32,000 bases of DNA from Nanobdellota archaeon. Its GTDB lineage: Archaea > Nanobdellota > Nanobdellia > Nanobdellales > Nanobdellaceae. This document shows, in pieces, positions 6,936 through 15,541 of this stretch. Below the pieces are notes generated by a model. That model did not search any database, was not told where the DNA came from, and worked only from the letters and a program-made list of their open reading frames with translations. Numbering within the stretch: the stretch's first letter is position 1; each line of letters begins with the position of its first letter. The stretch is taken from contig AP031373.1 of the NCBI GenBank assembly GCA_042850255.1, positions 420,001 to 452,000 on the forward strand, written 5' to 3'. The position numbers and the translations under genes are program-made.

Positions 6936-7594
6936 TGGAAAATATTTTTCCTTCAGGTTTAGATAAGATTTTAAATTCCCTTATTCGTTTTCCAGATTAT
7001 ATAAAATTTGAATATAATTTATCTGAAGGAAAGTTTAAACATGAAGCTTCTTATAAATTGGAAAGGAGATATAATGAAGATATAAAAATATGTTATAAAT
7101 CATATGTTATATCTGATACAAAAAGAAAAAAAGTAGCTTTTGAATGTATAGATAATAAAAGTTCTTATTACTATCCAGAATTAATAGAAGGAAGACATAT
7201 GAGAATTGCAGAAATAGATCTATCATTTATCTCTGAAGAGAATGGAATAGTAATTTTAATGGAACATAAAAAAGGAAAAAAATCTAATATTAGTATTTTA
7301 AAACAACTAGTAAGAGAAGTAGCATTAACTTCGGCAATATTTGAAGGATATTCTGTTATAGGTTATGGATATAAAGGGGTATTCCCATATGCATTTAAAT
7401 CTGTAGCTGCATTAAATAATGGAAATGTTTATTATTTTGTTATATATAGAATAAAACCGAATTATCATCCAGAAAAATTTTCTGAAATGAAGGTTTATGA
7501 AGTAAAAGCATATACTAAAGATTTTATAGAAAAAATAATATCAAATAATAGGAAAAAATCTGAAAAATTAATAGAAAAATATATATTGGATTAA
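6935..7594 (+). CDS. hypothetical protein with PD-(D/E)xK nuclease-like motif
   Basis: The segment PELIEGRHMRIAEIDLSFISEENGIVILMEHKKGK fits the E...hhD...(D/E)xK pattern of restriction-endonuclease-fold proteins: a D in IDL, then E-H-K on the next predicted strand. This is a motif-level call only. Confidence 0.55.
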   Translation: MENIFPSGLDKILNSLIRFPDYIKFEYNLSEGKFKHEASYKLERRYNEDIKICYKSYVISDTKRKKVAFECIDNKSSYYYPELIEGRHMRIAEIDLSFISEENGIVILMEHKKGKKSNISILKQLVREVALTSAIFEGYSVIGYGYKGVFPYAFKSVAALNNGNVYYFVIYRIKPNYHPEKFSEMKVYEVKAYTKDFIEKIISNNRKKSEKLIEKYILD

Positions 7595-7597
7595 AAT

Positions 7598-8230
7598 TTA
7601 ATGCTTTTTATAATATTCATATACTCTTCCTACTAAATTTTCTCCTGGCTTTAATGTAACATTTACATCTTTACCCCATTTTGCTGGGCATACTTCACCT
7701 GGATGTTCTCTTACATATTTAAATGCTTTTATTTTTCTTAATAATTCATCAGCATCTCTTCCAACATCATTTGAATTTACTTCTATACCAACAATTTTTC
7801 CATCAGGATCTACTATTATTGTAGCTCTATAAGATACTCCAGAATTATAATCATATACATTGAACATTTTTGCTATATTTCCATTATGATCTTCTCCCAT
7901 TAAATACTTTACATTTTCTAATAATTTTTCTGTAGCATGCCATGCTAAGTGTGTATAAACAGTATCTGTAGACATTGAAATTACTTCTGCTCCTTCCTTT
8001 TTGATTTCTTCATATTTTTCTGCCAAATCTTCTAATTCTGTTGGACATACAAATGTAAAATCTGCTGGATAATAAAATAATACCAAAAATTTTCCCTTAT
8101 TTAATATATCTTTGTATATATCTACTGTCTTAAACTTTTTTTCTACAGGGTCATATACATTTATCTTTAGTTCTGGTACTTTATCACCTATTCCTATTAC
8201 CTTTATTGTCTGCTGTATAGTTGCCTCCAT
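7598..8230 (-). CDS. typical 2-Cys peroxiredoxin (AhpC/Prx1 type)
   Basis: The peroxidatic motif is FYYPADFTFVCPTE. The resolving-Cys motif GEVCPAKW lies near the C-terminus. Size is 210 aa. A TATA CTTTATAAAAA lies about 25-30 nt upstream on the minus strand. Confidence 0.92.
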   Translation of the reverse strand: MEATIQQTIKVIGIGDKVPELKINVYDPVEKKFKTVDIYKDILNKGKFLVLFYYPADFTFVCPTELEDLAEKYEEIKKEGAEVISMSTDTVYTHLAWHATEKLLENVKYLMGEDHNGNIAKMFNVYDYNSGVSYRATIIVDPDGKIVGIEVNSNDVGRDADELLRKIKAFKYVREHPGEVCPAKWGKDVNVTLKPGENLVGRVYEYYKKH

Positions 8231-8288
8231 AAAAATATAGTATTTGATATTTTTATAAAGTAAATATTTAGTACTTATAGGTAAGAAT

Positions 8289-8720
8289 TTAATATATTTT
8301 CTCTATTGACACCGTAGGCCAAATTTCTTTTATATCGCTTATTTCTCTTATTTTATTTAAATAATCTTCTAATTCTTTATTATCTTTGTAAATATATTCT
8401 ATAATTATATCATGATCACCATATGTTAAGTATATTCCCTTTATATTATCATTTTTTGGTAGTTTATTTAATACATCAATTATCTTATTCTTTTCAACAT
8501 TTATTCCTATCCAGCATATCTTATATCCTAATAAATTATAATCTATAATTGTAGAAAATCCTTTTATGATCCCCAATTTTTTTAATTTTTGTATTCTTTT
8601 TCTTATAGCACCTTCAGATAAATTTAATTTTCTAGCGATATCCATATTAGATATTCTGGAATTTTTTTCTAACATTTTTATTATTTTTATATCTATATCA
8701 TCAACTCTGGGTTTTTTCAT
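8289..8720 (-). CDS. Lrp/AsnC family transcriptional regulator
   Basis: An N-terminal HTH (DIKIIKMLEKNSRISNMDIARKLNLSEGAIRKRIQKLKKLGIIKGF) is followed by an RAM/ACT-like C-terminal domain. Size is 143 aa. Confidence 0.88.
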   Translation of the reverse strand: MKKPRVDDIDIKIIKMLEKNSRISNMDIARKLNLSEGAIRKRIQKLKKLGIIKGFSTIIDYNLLGYKICWIGINVEKNKIIDVLNKLPKNDNIKGIYLTYGDHDIIIEYIYKDNKELEDYLNKIREISDIKEIWPTVSIEKIY

Positions 8721-8805
8721 ATATCCTATTTATGTTTATTAATCTTATATACTTTAACAAATTTCGTACCAATAAGTTTAAATTTATTATAGATAATTAA
8801 GAATA

Positions 8806-9249
8806 ATGGTAGAACAAAAAGCTATAGATTTTGAAGCAGAAAGTACAAAGGGAAAAATAAAATTGTCTGAAATATTAAAGGAGAAAAATTTTGTTGTATT
8901 ATATTTTTATCCAAAAGCTTTTACATCTGGATGCACTATGGAATTAAAAAGGTTTACCGAATTGTATGAGGAATTTAAGAAATATAATGCTGAAATAATT
9001 GGAGTTAGTAATGATAGTTTAGAAACACAAAAGAAATTTGCAGAAAAATATGGAGCACAATTTCCATTAATTGCTGATAAAGACTTAAAAGTAATTAATT
9101 TATATAATGCAAAAGGAAGGGGAAAAGGTGCTTCAAGAATTACTTATATAATTGATAAAAACATGAATATAATAGAAGTATTGAAATCTTTACCAAATGC
9201 AAAAGAACATGCAGATAAAGCTTTAGAAATAATAAAGAATCATTCTTAG
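8806..9249 (+). CDS. bcp: peroxiredoxin Bcp/PrxQ
   Basis: VVLYFYPKAFTSGCTMELKRF is the Bcp active site. ...GVSNDS....KKFAEKYG..FPLIAD is also conserved. Size is 147 aa. Confidence 0.9.
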   Translation: MVEQKAIDFEAESTKGKIKLSEILKEKNFVVLYFYPKAFTSGCTMELKRFTELYEEFKKYNAEIIGVSNDSLETQKKFAEKYGAQFPLIADKDLKVINLYNAKGRGKGASRITYIIDKNMNIIEVLKSLPNAKEHADKALEIIKNHS

Positions 9250-9311
9250 TTTTTTATAACATAGTAATTTAATTTAATTTTTTAAGGATATCATAAATAT
9301 TTTATAGTAAT

Positions 9312-10706
9312 ATGATCAATATGGTTAATTTTGATGCTGCATTAACAGGATTCTCTTTAGCAGTTCATATAATTTTTGCTTCTATAGGTATAGCTTTACC
9401 AATAATTATTGCTATAGCAGAATTTATTGCAATAAAGTATAAATCAAAATATTATGATATATTATCTAAAAGATTAACAAAAGCTTTTGCCGTATTTTTT
9501 GCTGTAGGAACTGCTAGTGGAATTGTTGTAGCTATAGAGTTATTAATTCTTTGGCCTAAATTTATGTCTTTAGTTAGTAAAGTTGCTATTTTACCTTTAT
9601 ATATAGAAGTATTTGCATTCTTTACAGAATCTATCTTATTAAGTATATATATTTATCTATGGGACAGATTTAAAAGTAGGATAAGACACTGGATTCTAAT
9701 AATTTTTATTGCTTTAGGTGCTTCTTCTTCAGGTTTACTAATAACAATGATAAATGCATTTATGAATACTCCAGTAGGTTTTAACATTCCTTATTATTTA
9801 TCAACAGGTAAAATAATAGATGTAAATCCATTTGCAGTATTTAATACACCAACTACATGGGTGGAAATTGGACATGTAATATTTTCATCAATATTTACTG
9901 CTTCATCTTTATTTTTAGCTTATGCTTCTTATAAAATATTAAAAAGTAATGGAGTATTAAAGGAATATTATAAAAAATTAGCAAAGATTTCTGGAGCAGT
10001 TGTTATAGTAAGTTTATATTTAACTGGAGTTTATGGAATATTATCTATACATAATTTAATGGTTAATCAACCAGAAAAATATGCAGCTTTGGAGTTAAAC
10101 TTTAATTATGGTCCAAATGTTCCAGAAGTAATAGGAGGAATTTTGGTAAATAATAGTGTAATAGATGCTATATATATTCCTGGATTAATGAGTTATTTAG
10201 CAACAGGAAGTTTTAATGGAGTTATACCAAAGCAAGATACCTTATTATATTATAACCAATCTACATGGCCTCCAGTTTCATTTGTCCATAATGGATTTGA
10301 CTTTATGGCAATATTAGGATTTGTAGAAGGAGCATTTTTCTTAATTGTTACAATTTTATGGATAATCAATATAGAACCTATAAAGAAAAAGATATATAAT
10401 AAATTACCTAAAAAAATATTTTCAGATCCTTTTGATAGTCCTCTATTTTTAAAATTATTTATCGTTTCTGGAATATTATCTTTAATATTACTAGAAGATG
10501 GTTGGATTACTGCAGAAGTTGGTAGGGTACCTTGGATAATATATAATGTAATGACAATTGCAGAAGCTGCAAATACATCTCCATCAATAATACCAATAGG
10601 GATTGCTATGATAATATTTTATATAGCAATTATACCATTAACATTTTGGTTTATTAAAGAAGTGTTGAAAAGGGAAAATTTGGAAAAAGAATTAGAAGAA
10701 GAATGA
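9312..10706 (+). CDS. cydA: cytochrome bd-type quinol oxidase subunit I
   Basis: His19, Glu99 and His188 fall at or near the E. coli heme-ligand and conserved positions by hand count. The signature AEVGRVPW (GRQPW motif) lies near the C-terminus. It has about 9 TM segments and a short Q-loop. Size is 464 aa. Confidence 0.88.
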   Translation: MINMVNFDAALTGFSLAVHIIFASIGIALPIIIAIAEFIAIKYKSKYYDILSKRLTKAFAVFFAVGTASGIVVAIELLILWPKFMSLVSKVAILPLYIEVFAFFTESILLSIYIYLWDRFKSRIRHWILIIFIALGASSSGLLITMINAFMNTPVGFNIPYYLSTGKIIDVNPFAVFNTPTTWVEIGHVIFSSIFTASSLFLAYASYKILKSNGVLKEYYKKLAKISGAVVIVSLYLTGVYGILSIHNLMVNQPEKYAALELNFNYGPNVPEVIGGILVNNSVIDAIYIPGLMSYLATGSFNGVIPKQDTLLYYNQSTWPPVSFVHNGFDFMAILGFVEGAFFLIVTILWIINIEPIKKKIYNKLPKKIFSDPFDSPLFLKLFIVSGILSLILLEDGWITAEVGRVPWIIYNVMTIAEAANTSPSIIPIGIAMIIFYIAIIPLTFWFIKEVLKRENLEKELEEE

Positions 10707-11626
10707 ATTTATATATAATTATAAATTATATAATTCTTTCAGTAGTATTTTCTCTATTATCTATAGAACTAATATCTGCACTAACATTATTTTATAATAA
10801 AAATAAGTTTAATGATATTAAAAATATAATCAGTCCAGTTTGGGAAATGGTTGGTACATTTATTATATTTTTTGTTGTAAATACTGAAGTCTTATATCCT
10901 GATTTATTACCAATAATAGCAAAATTATATACTATACCAATATTATTGATAGCATTATTTATTATAAGTAGAAACGCATTTTTAGCATATTCAGAACAAA
11001 TGTGGAAGGGAAATAAAATAGATTCTGTACTATTAGCTAGAATTTATTCTATATCTACATTAATTATATCTTTTTTATCATTAGTTGTACTTATTTCTGT
11101 TCTTACAGGTTCAGGTGTTAATAATAATTTGACTAATTTTAGTTTTATACAATTTTTTTCAAATTATTATACATTAACACTAATTTTAGGAGTAATATTA
11201 GTATTATTTGGACTTTCTTTTGTATTTTATAAATTAGAAAATAATAAAAAATTATCTCCAATATTTACATTGTTAGGATTAATAATTTTAATATTCTCTT
11301 TTTATAAGTTAGGATTATATATAAATTTTGTTATATATATTATTTCTATAATAATATTTTTGATATCACTTATTTATTATTTATATGATTTTTCAAGGAA
11401 ATATATTATATTCTTGATTAATTTAATATCCTTTTTGTCTATAGTAATACTAAATTATGGAAGAATATTTAATAATCAATCTTTACTAAATTATTTAAAT
11501 AATACCCCAGTTTTACCTGCATCCTTTATAATAACATTACTGGGAGGAACTTTATTAATAATAATGTTGACTTTATTTATTTATATGTTTAGCAGACCAA
11601 GTCAGGGAGGAAATAAATATTATTAA
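10703..11626 (+). CDS. cydB: cytochrome bd-type quinol oxidase subunit II (divergent)
   Basis: It overlaps cydA by 4 nt. ISPVWEMVGTFIIFF...YP...LY.P..L....IISRNAFL aligns with the CydB P.W..NE.WL...FP..Y..LY.P..L..LI.RG pattern. It is polytopic, 307 aa, and otherwise of low similarity. Confidence 0.7.
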   Translation: MNLYIIINYIILSVVFSLLSIELISALTLFYNKNKFNDIKNIISPVWEMVGTFIIFFVVNTEVLYPDLLPIIAKLYTIPILLIALFIISRNAFLAYSEQMWKGNKIDSVLLARIYSISTLIISFLSLVVLISVLTGSGVNNNLTNFSFIQFFSNYYTLTLILGVILVLFGLSFVFYKLENNKKLSPIFTLLGLIILIFSFYKLGLYINFVIYIISIIIFLISLIYYLYDFSRKYIIFLINLISFLSIVILNYGRIFNNQSLLNYLNNTPVLPASFIITLLGGTLLIIMLTLFIYMFSRPSQGGNKYY

Positions 11627-11627
11627 A

Positions 11628-12101
11628 ATGATCAATATATTTAATCAACAATTTTATTCTGGATATATAATAAAGGAAAATAAAATATTGGCATATTCTT
11701 TGAATACAAATCAAGAAAAATTAATAAAACAATTAGAAAGTATAGCAAGATTTCATAATCTAGATGGAGATTTAATATTTGATGAAAAATTGGATAAATT
11801 TTTTGAAGAAAAAATTAAGAAATTCTTAAATGGGGAAAGGTTTTCTTTTGATTTATCATATTATAGGAATAAAGAAGTTTATGAAGAATTATCAAAATTA
11901 GATAAGTTAATAACATATAAAGAACTAAAGGAAAAAGTAAATATTAGTTATATAGAATTAATAAGAACATTAAAAAATAATCCATTTATAATATTAATAC
12001 CATGTCATAGAGTAATTAAAAGTAATAATGAAGTTGGTGGATATACTCCTCTAGGAAAAGAATTTAAAATAAAATTATTGAAGATGGAAGGTTATTTATA
12101 A
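11628..12101 (+). CDS. ogt: methylated-DNA--protein-cysteine methyltransferase (Ogt/MGMT)
   Basis: The active site IPCHRVI (PCHRV) is followed by GGY....G...K..LL..EG. Size is 157 aa. It starts 1 nt after the cydB stop. Confidence 0.88.
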   Translation: MINIFNQQFYSGYIIKENKILAYSLNTNQEKLIKQLESIARFHNLDGDLIFDEKLDKFFEEKIKKFLNGERFSFDLSYYRNKEVYEELSKLDKLITYKELKEKVNISYIELIRTLKNNPFIILIPCHRVIKSNNEVGGYTPLGKEFKIKLLKMEGYL

Positions 12102-12862
12102 TTTTCTTTATATTGTTGATAAACATATATAGAAAATAAGTTTCCTATTGGTATTAATAAAAATGAGGAAATAAATATAAGTAATATTCTTATTATTAAA
12201 TGATAATTAGATACTTCTTGATATATTAATAATATTAAAGCTAGAGAATAAATTATTAGTTGTGCTATAAGTATTTTTGCAGCTTCTTTTATATTAATAT
12301 TTTTCCAGGATATTCTTAACGATTCATATACTCTATTTTTATTGAAAACAAATATTGGAGAAGATAAAAAGAACTTATTTGTAATTATTAATGATATTAT
12401 TGATAGAATAATAAACATAATTATATATACACTTAATCCAATAGACGTATTAAAATAAAAAGATATTAAAATAGAAATAAGTAAAGATATAAATGATAAA
12501 GAAATAATTATTATAGAAAAAATAAATATATTAAATAAGTATAATAATATCATACCAAAATAATATTTTATAGATTTCCTAAAAGAATCTTTAATATTCT
12601 TTTCTTCAAAATAAATATATATTGCAGTTCTAAAAAATGGGTATATTAATATATTAATTATGAATAATATTAGCAAATAATATAGAAAAGAATAATTAAA
12701 TGTTATATTATAAATATTTAAATTAACTTTTACTAATATGGATATTAATAAATTTGATATGAAAAATATCAAATATATTAAAATAATCTGAAAAAAATTT
12801 TTATAATAAAATATAAAACTATCTTTTAATGCTTTAAAAATATTAAATTTCAATTGATTCAC
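12092..12862 (-). CDS. polytopic membrane protein of unknown function (256 aa)
   Basis: It has 6 or more hydrophobic helices. The N-terminal amphipathic FKALKDSFIFYYKNF resembles DUF975/GDPD-membrane-domain-type proteins, but only weakly. The 3' end overlaps ogt convergently by 10 nt. The start lies 20 nt inside the upstream gene. Confidence 0.6.
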   Translation of the reverse strand: MNQLKFNIFKALKDSFIFYYKNFFQIILIYLIFFISNLLISILVKVNLNIYNITFNYSFLYYLLILFIINILIYPFFRTAIYIYFEEKNIKDSFRKSIKYYFGMILLYLFNIFIFSIIIISLSFISLLISILISFYFNTSIGLSVYIIMFIILSIISLIITNKFFLSSPIFVFNKNRVYESLRISWKNINIKEAAKILIAQLIIYSLALILLIYQEVSNYHLIIRILLIFISSFLLIPIGNLFSIYVYQQYKENYK

Positions 12863-13532
12863 CAGGATTTAATATTATGACTTCTGTATCTTTTGCTTTT
12901 TCCTTTAGTTCATTTGGATTAGATTTTATAACATTCCATGTATTATAATGCATTGGTATAACCTTTTTAGGTTTCAAATACTCTATTGCAATTAAAGTTT
13001 GATTTACATCCATAGTATAGTGTCCTCCTATTGGTAATAATGCCAAATCTATATTTCCAACAATTTTTGGTATTAATTTCATATCTTCAAATACCATAGT
13101 ATCTCCAGCATGATATATTATTTTATCATCAACTTTTATTGCAAATCCTCCAGGTTCTCCTAAGTATATAATATTATCTTTATCATCTATAAATCCTGAA
13201 GAATGTTTAGCTGGTAATAAATATATTTCAATATTATTATGTACATATTTTCCTCCAAAATTCATTCCTATAGTTTTTACTCCAAATTTTCCTAAATACT
13301 TTGATAATTCATATATCCCAACAATTGGAGCATCATTTTTTTCTGCAATTTCTATAGCATTTCCTAGATGATCGTTATGACCATGTGTTACTAATATTAT
13401 ATCTATATCATTCAAATCTTCTTCATTGTATTTTGCTATAGGATTTTCATATATGAATGGATCTATTAATACATTTCCATAACTGCTCTTTATCAAAAAA
13501 CAGGCATGTCCTATCCACTTTACATATACCAT
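12843..13532 (-). CDS. UPF0173 metallo-beta-lactamase-fold hydrolase
   Basis: The motifs are VKWIGHACFLIK, ILVTHGHNDHLG (HxHxDH), and the later HAGDT and PMHYNTW. Size is 229 aa. Confidence 0.88.
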   Translation of the reverse strand: MVYVKWIGHACFLIKSSYGNVLIDPFIYENPIAKYNEEDLNDIDIILVTHGHNDHLGNAIEIAEKNDAPIVGIYELSKYLGKFGVKTIGMNFGGKYVHNNIEIYLLPAKHSSGFIDDKDNIIYLGEPGGFAIKVDDKIIYHAGDTMVFEDMKLIPKIVGNIDLALLPIGGHYTMDVNQTLIAIEYLKPKKVIPMHYNTWNVIKSNPNELKEKAKDTEVIILNPGESIEI

Positions 13533-13542
13533 TCTAAAATAT

Positions 13543-14889
13543 ATGTTCTTTAAATTTTTGAACGATTTTAATTATATGAATATAATTTCAATAATAGTAT
13601 TAATAATAATATTTGTAGAATTATTAATTTCAATATATACTTTGTTATTCTTATTAAACTATAAAGAAGAAAATAGAGAGATTGAAATAAAAGAATATCC
13701 TAAAGTGTCTATTATAGTTCCTGCATACAATGAAGAAAAAAATATAAAGGAAACAATTGAAAGATTAATCGAGTTAGATTATCCAAAAGAAAAATTAGAA
13801 ATTATTGTTGTAGATGACGGATCTAAGGATAATACTTTTGAAATTGCTAAAGAATATGAAGATAAATATAATTTTATAAAAGTTTATAAAAAAGAAAATG
13901 GAGGAAAGGCTTCTGCATTAAATTATGGTATAAAAAGATGTACAGGAGATTATATAGTTGTACTAGATGCAGATTCTATCCCACAAAAAGATTCTTTAAA
14001 AAAGATGATAAAATATTTTTATTTATATCCAGATATATATGTAGTAGTTCCTTCAGTACAAGTAGATGAAACAAAAAATTGGGTAGAAAAATATCAATAT
14101 ATAGATTATGTAGTATATAATTTTTCTAGAATTGTTCTAGATCAAGTAAATGCTATATTTATAGCACCGGGACCCTTTTCTGTATTTAAAAAAGAAGTTT
14201 TTGAAAAGGTGGGATTATTTGATGAAAAAAATATAACTGAAGATATGGAAATTGCATTAAGGGTACAAAAAAATGGATTAAAAATAAAATATTGTCCAGA
14301 AAGTGTTATATATACAAAACCCCCAGATACTTTTATAAAATTATTGAAACAAAGAGCAAGATGGTTTTTAGGATTTATAGAAAATTATACAAAATATAGG
14401 GATATAGAAAATGAATATTTGAGAGAATTTGGATTTGGAATAAATTTAGTATTATATATATTATTACCTCTATATTTTTCAATAATAATCTACCTTTATA
14501 TATACCAATTATACAATTTTTTTGTTAATCTGTATTTGACAAATTTTGATATTATATATTTTATAAAAGGATATTTTTTATTTAATTCGAATATATATTT
14601 ATACCAATTGTTATCAACATCTGCTCTAATTTTATATATATTTTCAATAATATTACTGGTAGATTTTTCTTTATTTATTTCATTTTATAGAAAATATGAT
14701 AAAAGTAAATCATGGAAATCTATTATTTTATATTCCATAATTTATTTAATTTTTTCTTTATATTTTAATTCCATATTTATACTAGTAGCAATATATTATA
14801 AAATATTTGGAAGAAAATTAAGATGGGGTGGAATAGTATGGGATAATAGTTTAATAAATAAAATTATAAATAAAAATAAACATGGATAA
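13543..14889 (+). CDS. family-2 glycosyltransferase, processive (synthase-like) with C-terminal membrane domain
   Basis: VSIIVPAYNEE, VVDDGSKDNT, VLDADS (DxD) and QRARW (the Q-x-x-R-W motif of processive GT2 synthases) are present. TM helices occur at the N-terminus and in the C-terminal third. An alternative start at 13576 (MNIISII...) is better placed relative to the TATA-like tract at 13549-13559. Confidence 0.88.
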   Translation: MFFKFLNDFNYMNIISIIVLIIIFVELLISIYTLLFLLNYKEENREIEIKEYPKVSIIVPAYNEEKNIKETIERLIELDYPKEKLEIIVVDDGSKDNTFEIAKEYEDKYNFIKVYKKENGGKASALNYGIKRCTGDYIVVLDADSIPQKDSLKKMIKYFYLYPDIYVVVPSVQVDETKNWVEKYQYIDYVVYNFSRIVLDQVNAIFIAPGPFSVFKKEVFEKVGLFDEKNITEDMEIALRVQKNGLKIKYCPESVIYTKPPDTFIKLLKQRARWFLGFIENYTKYRDIENEYLREFGFGINLVLYILLPLYFSIIIYLYIYQLYNFFVNLYLTNFDIIYFIKGYFLFNSNIYLYQLLSTSALILYIFSIILLVDFSLFISFYRKYDKSKSWKSIILYSIIYLIFSLYFNSIFILVAIYYKIFGRKLRWGGIVWDNSLINKIINKNKHG

Positions 14890-15541
14890 GGCAAGGGATA
14901 TTATAACAATATCTGTAGTTATATCTGTGTTAACATTTTTCTTAGGATTATCATTAGGTTATATATTATATCAATACTCATTTCAACAAAATCTATTACA
15001 AATAAATCAAATAAATTCACTAGTTATTTCCGCTCAATATCTTGCTCAATCAAAAAAATTAGAATGTACTGATAATTATTTTTCATTTTTACAATATTTA
15101 AAAAGTCAAATTGCACAAGTAGGATTGGAATTAACATATTTAGAATCTCCTGATAATATATATTTTAATAGAGGAGAAGTTGAATATTTAAAATCTCAGT
15201 ATTTTAATTTAGAATATTTACATTTTTTATTAACTCGAAATTATATAGATCAATGTAATTATACAAACTTCACTTTAATATTATACTTTTATAATAATCA
15301 ATATTGTTCTACTGCATGTACTAATGAGGGAAATATATTAACTTATTTATATGCTCAAAATCCAAATTCTTTGTATATTTACTCATTTGATTCCGATTAT
15401 CCAAATTATTTTATTAGATATTATGATTTAAAATATAATATTACTACTTGGCCTTTTATTATTTTAATAAAATATAATGAAACATATATATTTAGAGGAT
15501 TTACAAATTTATCAACATTAGAACATTATTTAACCTCATAA
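14882..15541 (+). CDS. membrane-anchored hypothetical protein with Cys-containing, sequon-rich ectodomain
   Basis: It overlaps the GT2 stop by 8 nt. It has one N-terminal TM helix, four Cys residues including C-S-T-A-C, and several N-X-S/T sites. The C-terminal beta-alpha pattern (PFIILIKYNETYIFRGFTNLSTLEHYL) is vaguely thioredoxin-fold-like. No family recognised. Confidence 0.6.
   Translation: MDKARDIITISVVISVLTFFLGLSLGYILYQYSFQQNLLQINQINSLVISAQYLAQSKKLECTDNYFSFLQYLKSQIAQVGLELTYLESPDNIYFNRGEVEYLKSQYFNLEYLHFLLTRNYIDQCNYTNFTLILYFYNNQYCSTACTNEGNILTYLYAQNPNSLYIYSFDSDYPNYFIRYYDLKYNITTWPFIILIKYNETYIFRGFTNLSTLEHYLTS

Noticed and set aside
12092-12862. 256-aa membrane protein as a fourth member of the triplicated family
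   Set aside because: It shares only a generic N-terminal amphipathic K-rich helix. It lacks the WYYQKLSGEKLNPNY, LYSFYGSL.GKV and LVPM..K motifs.
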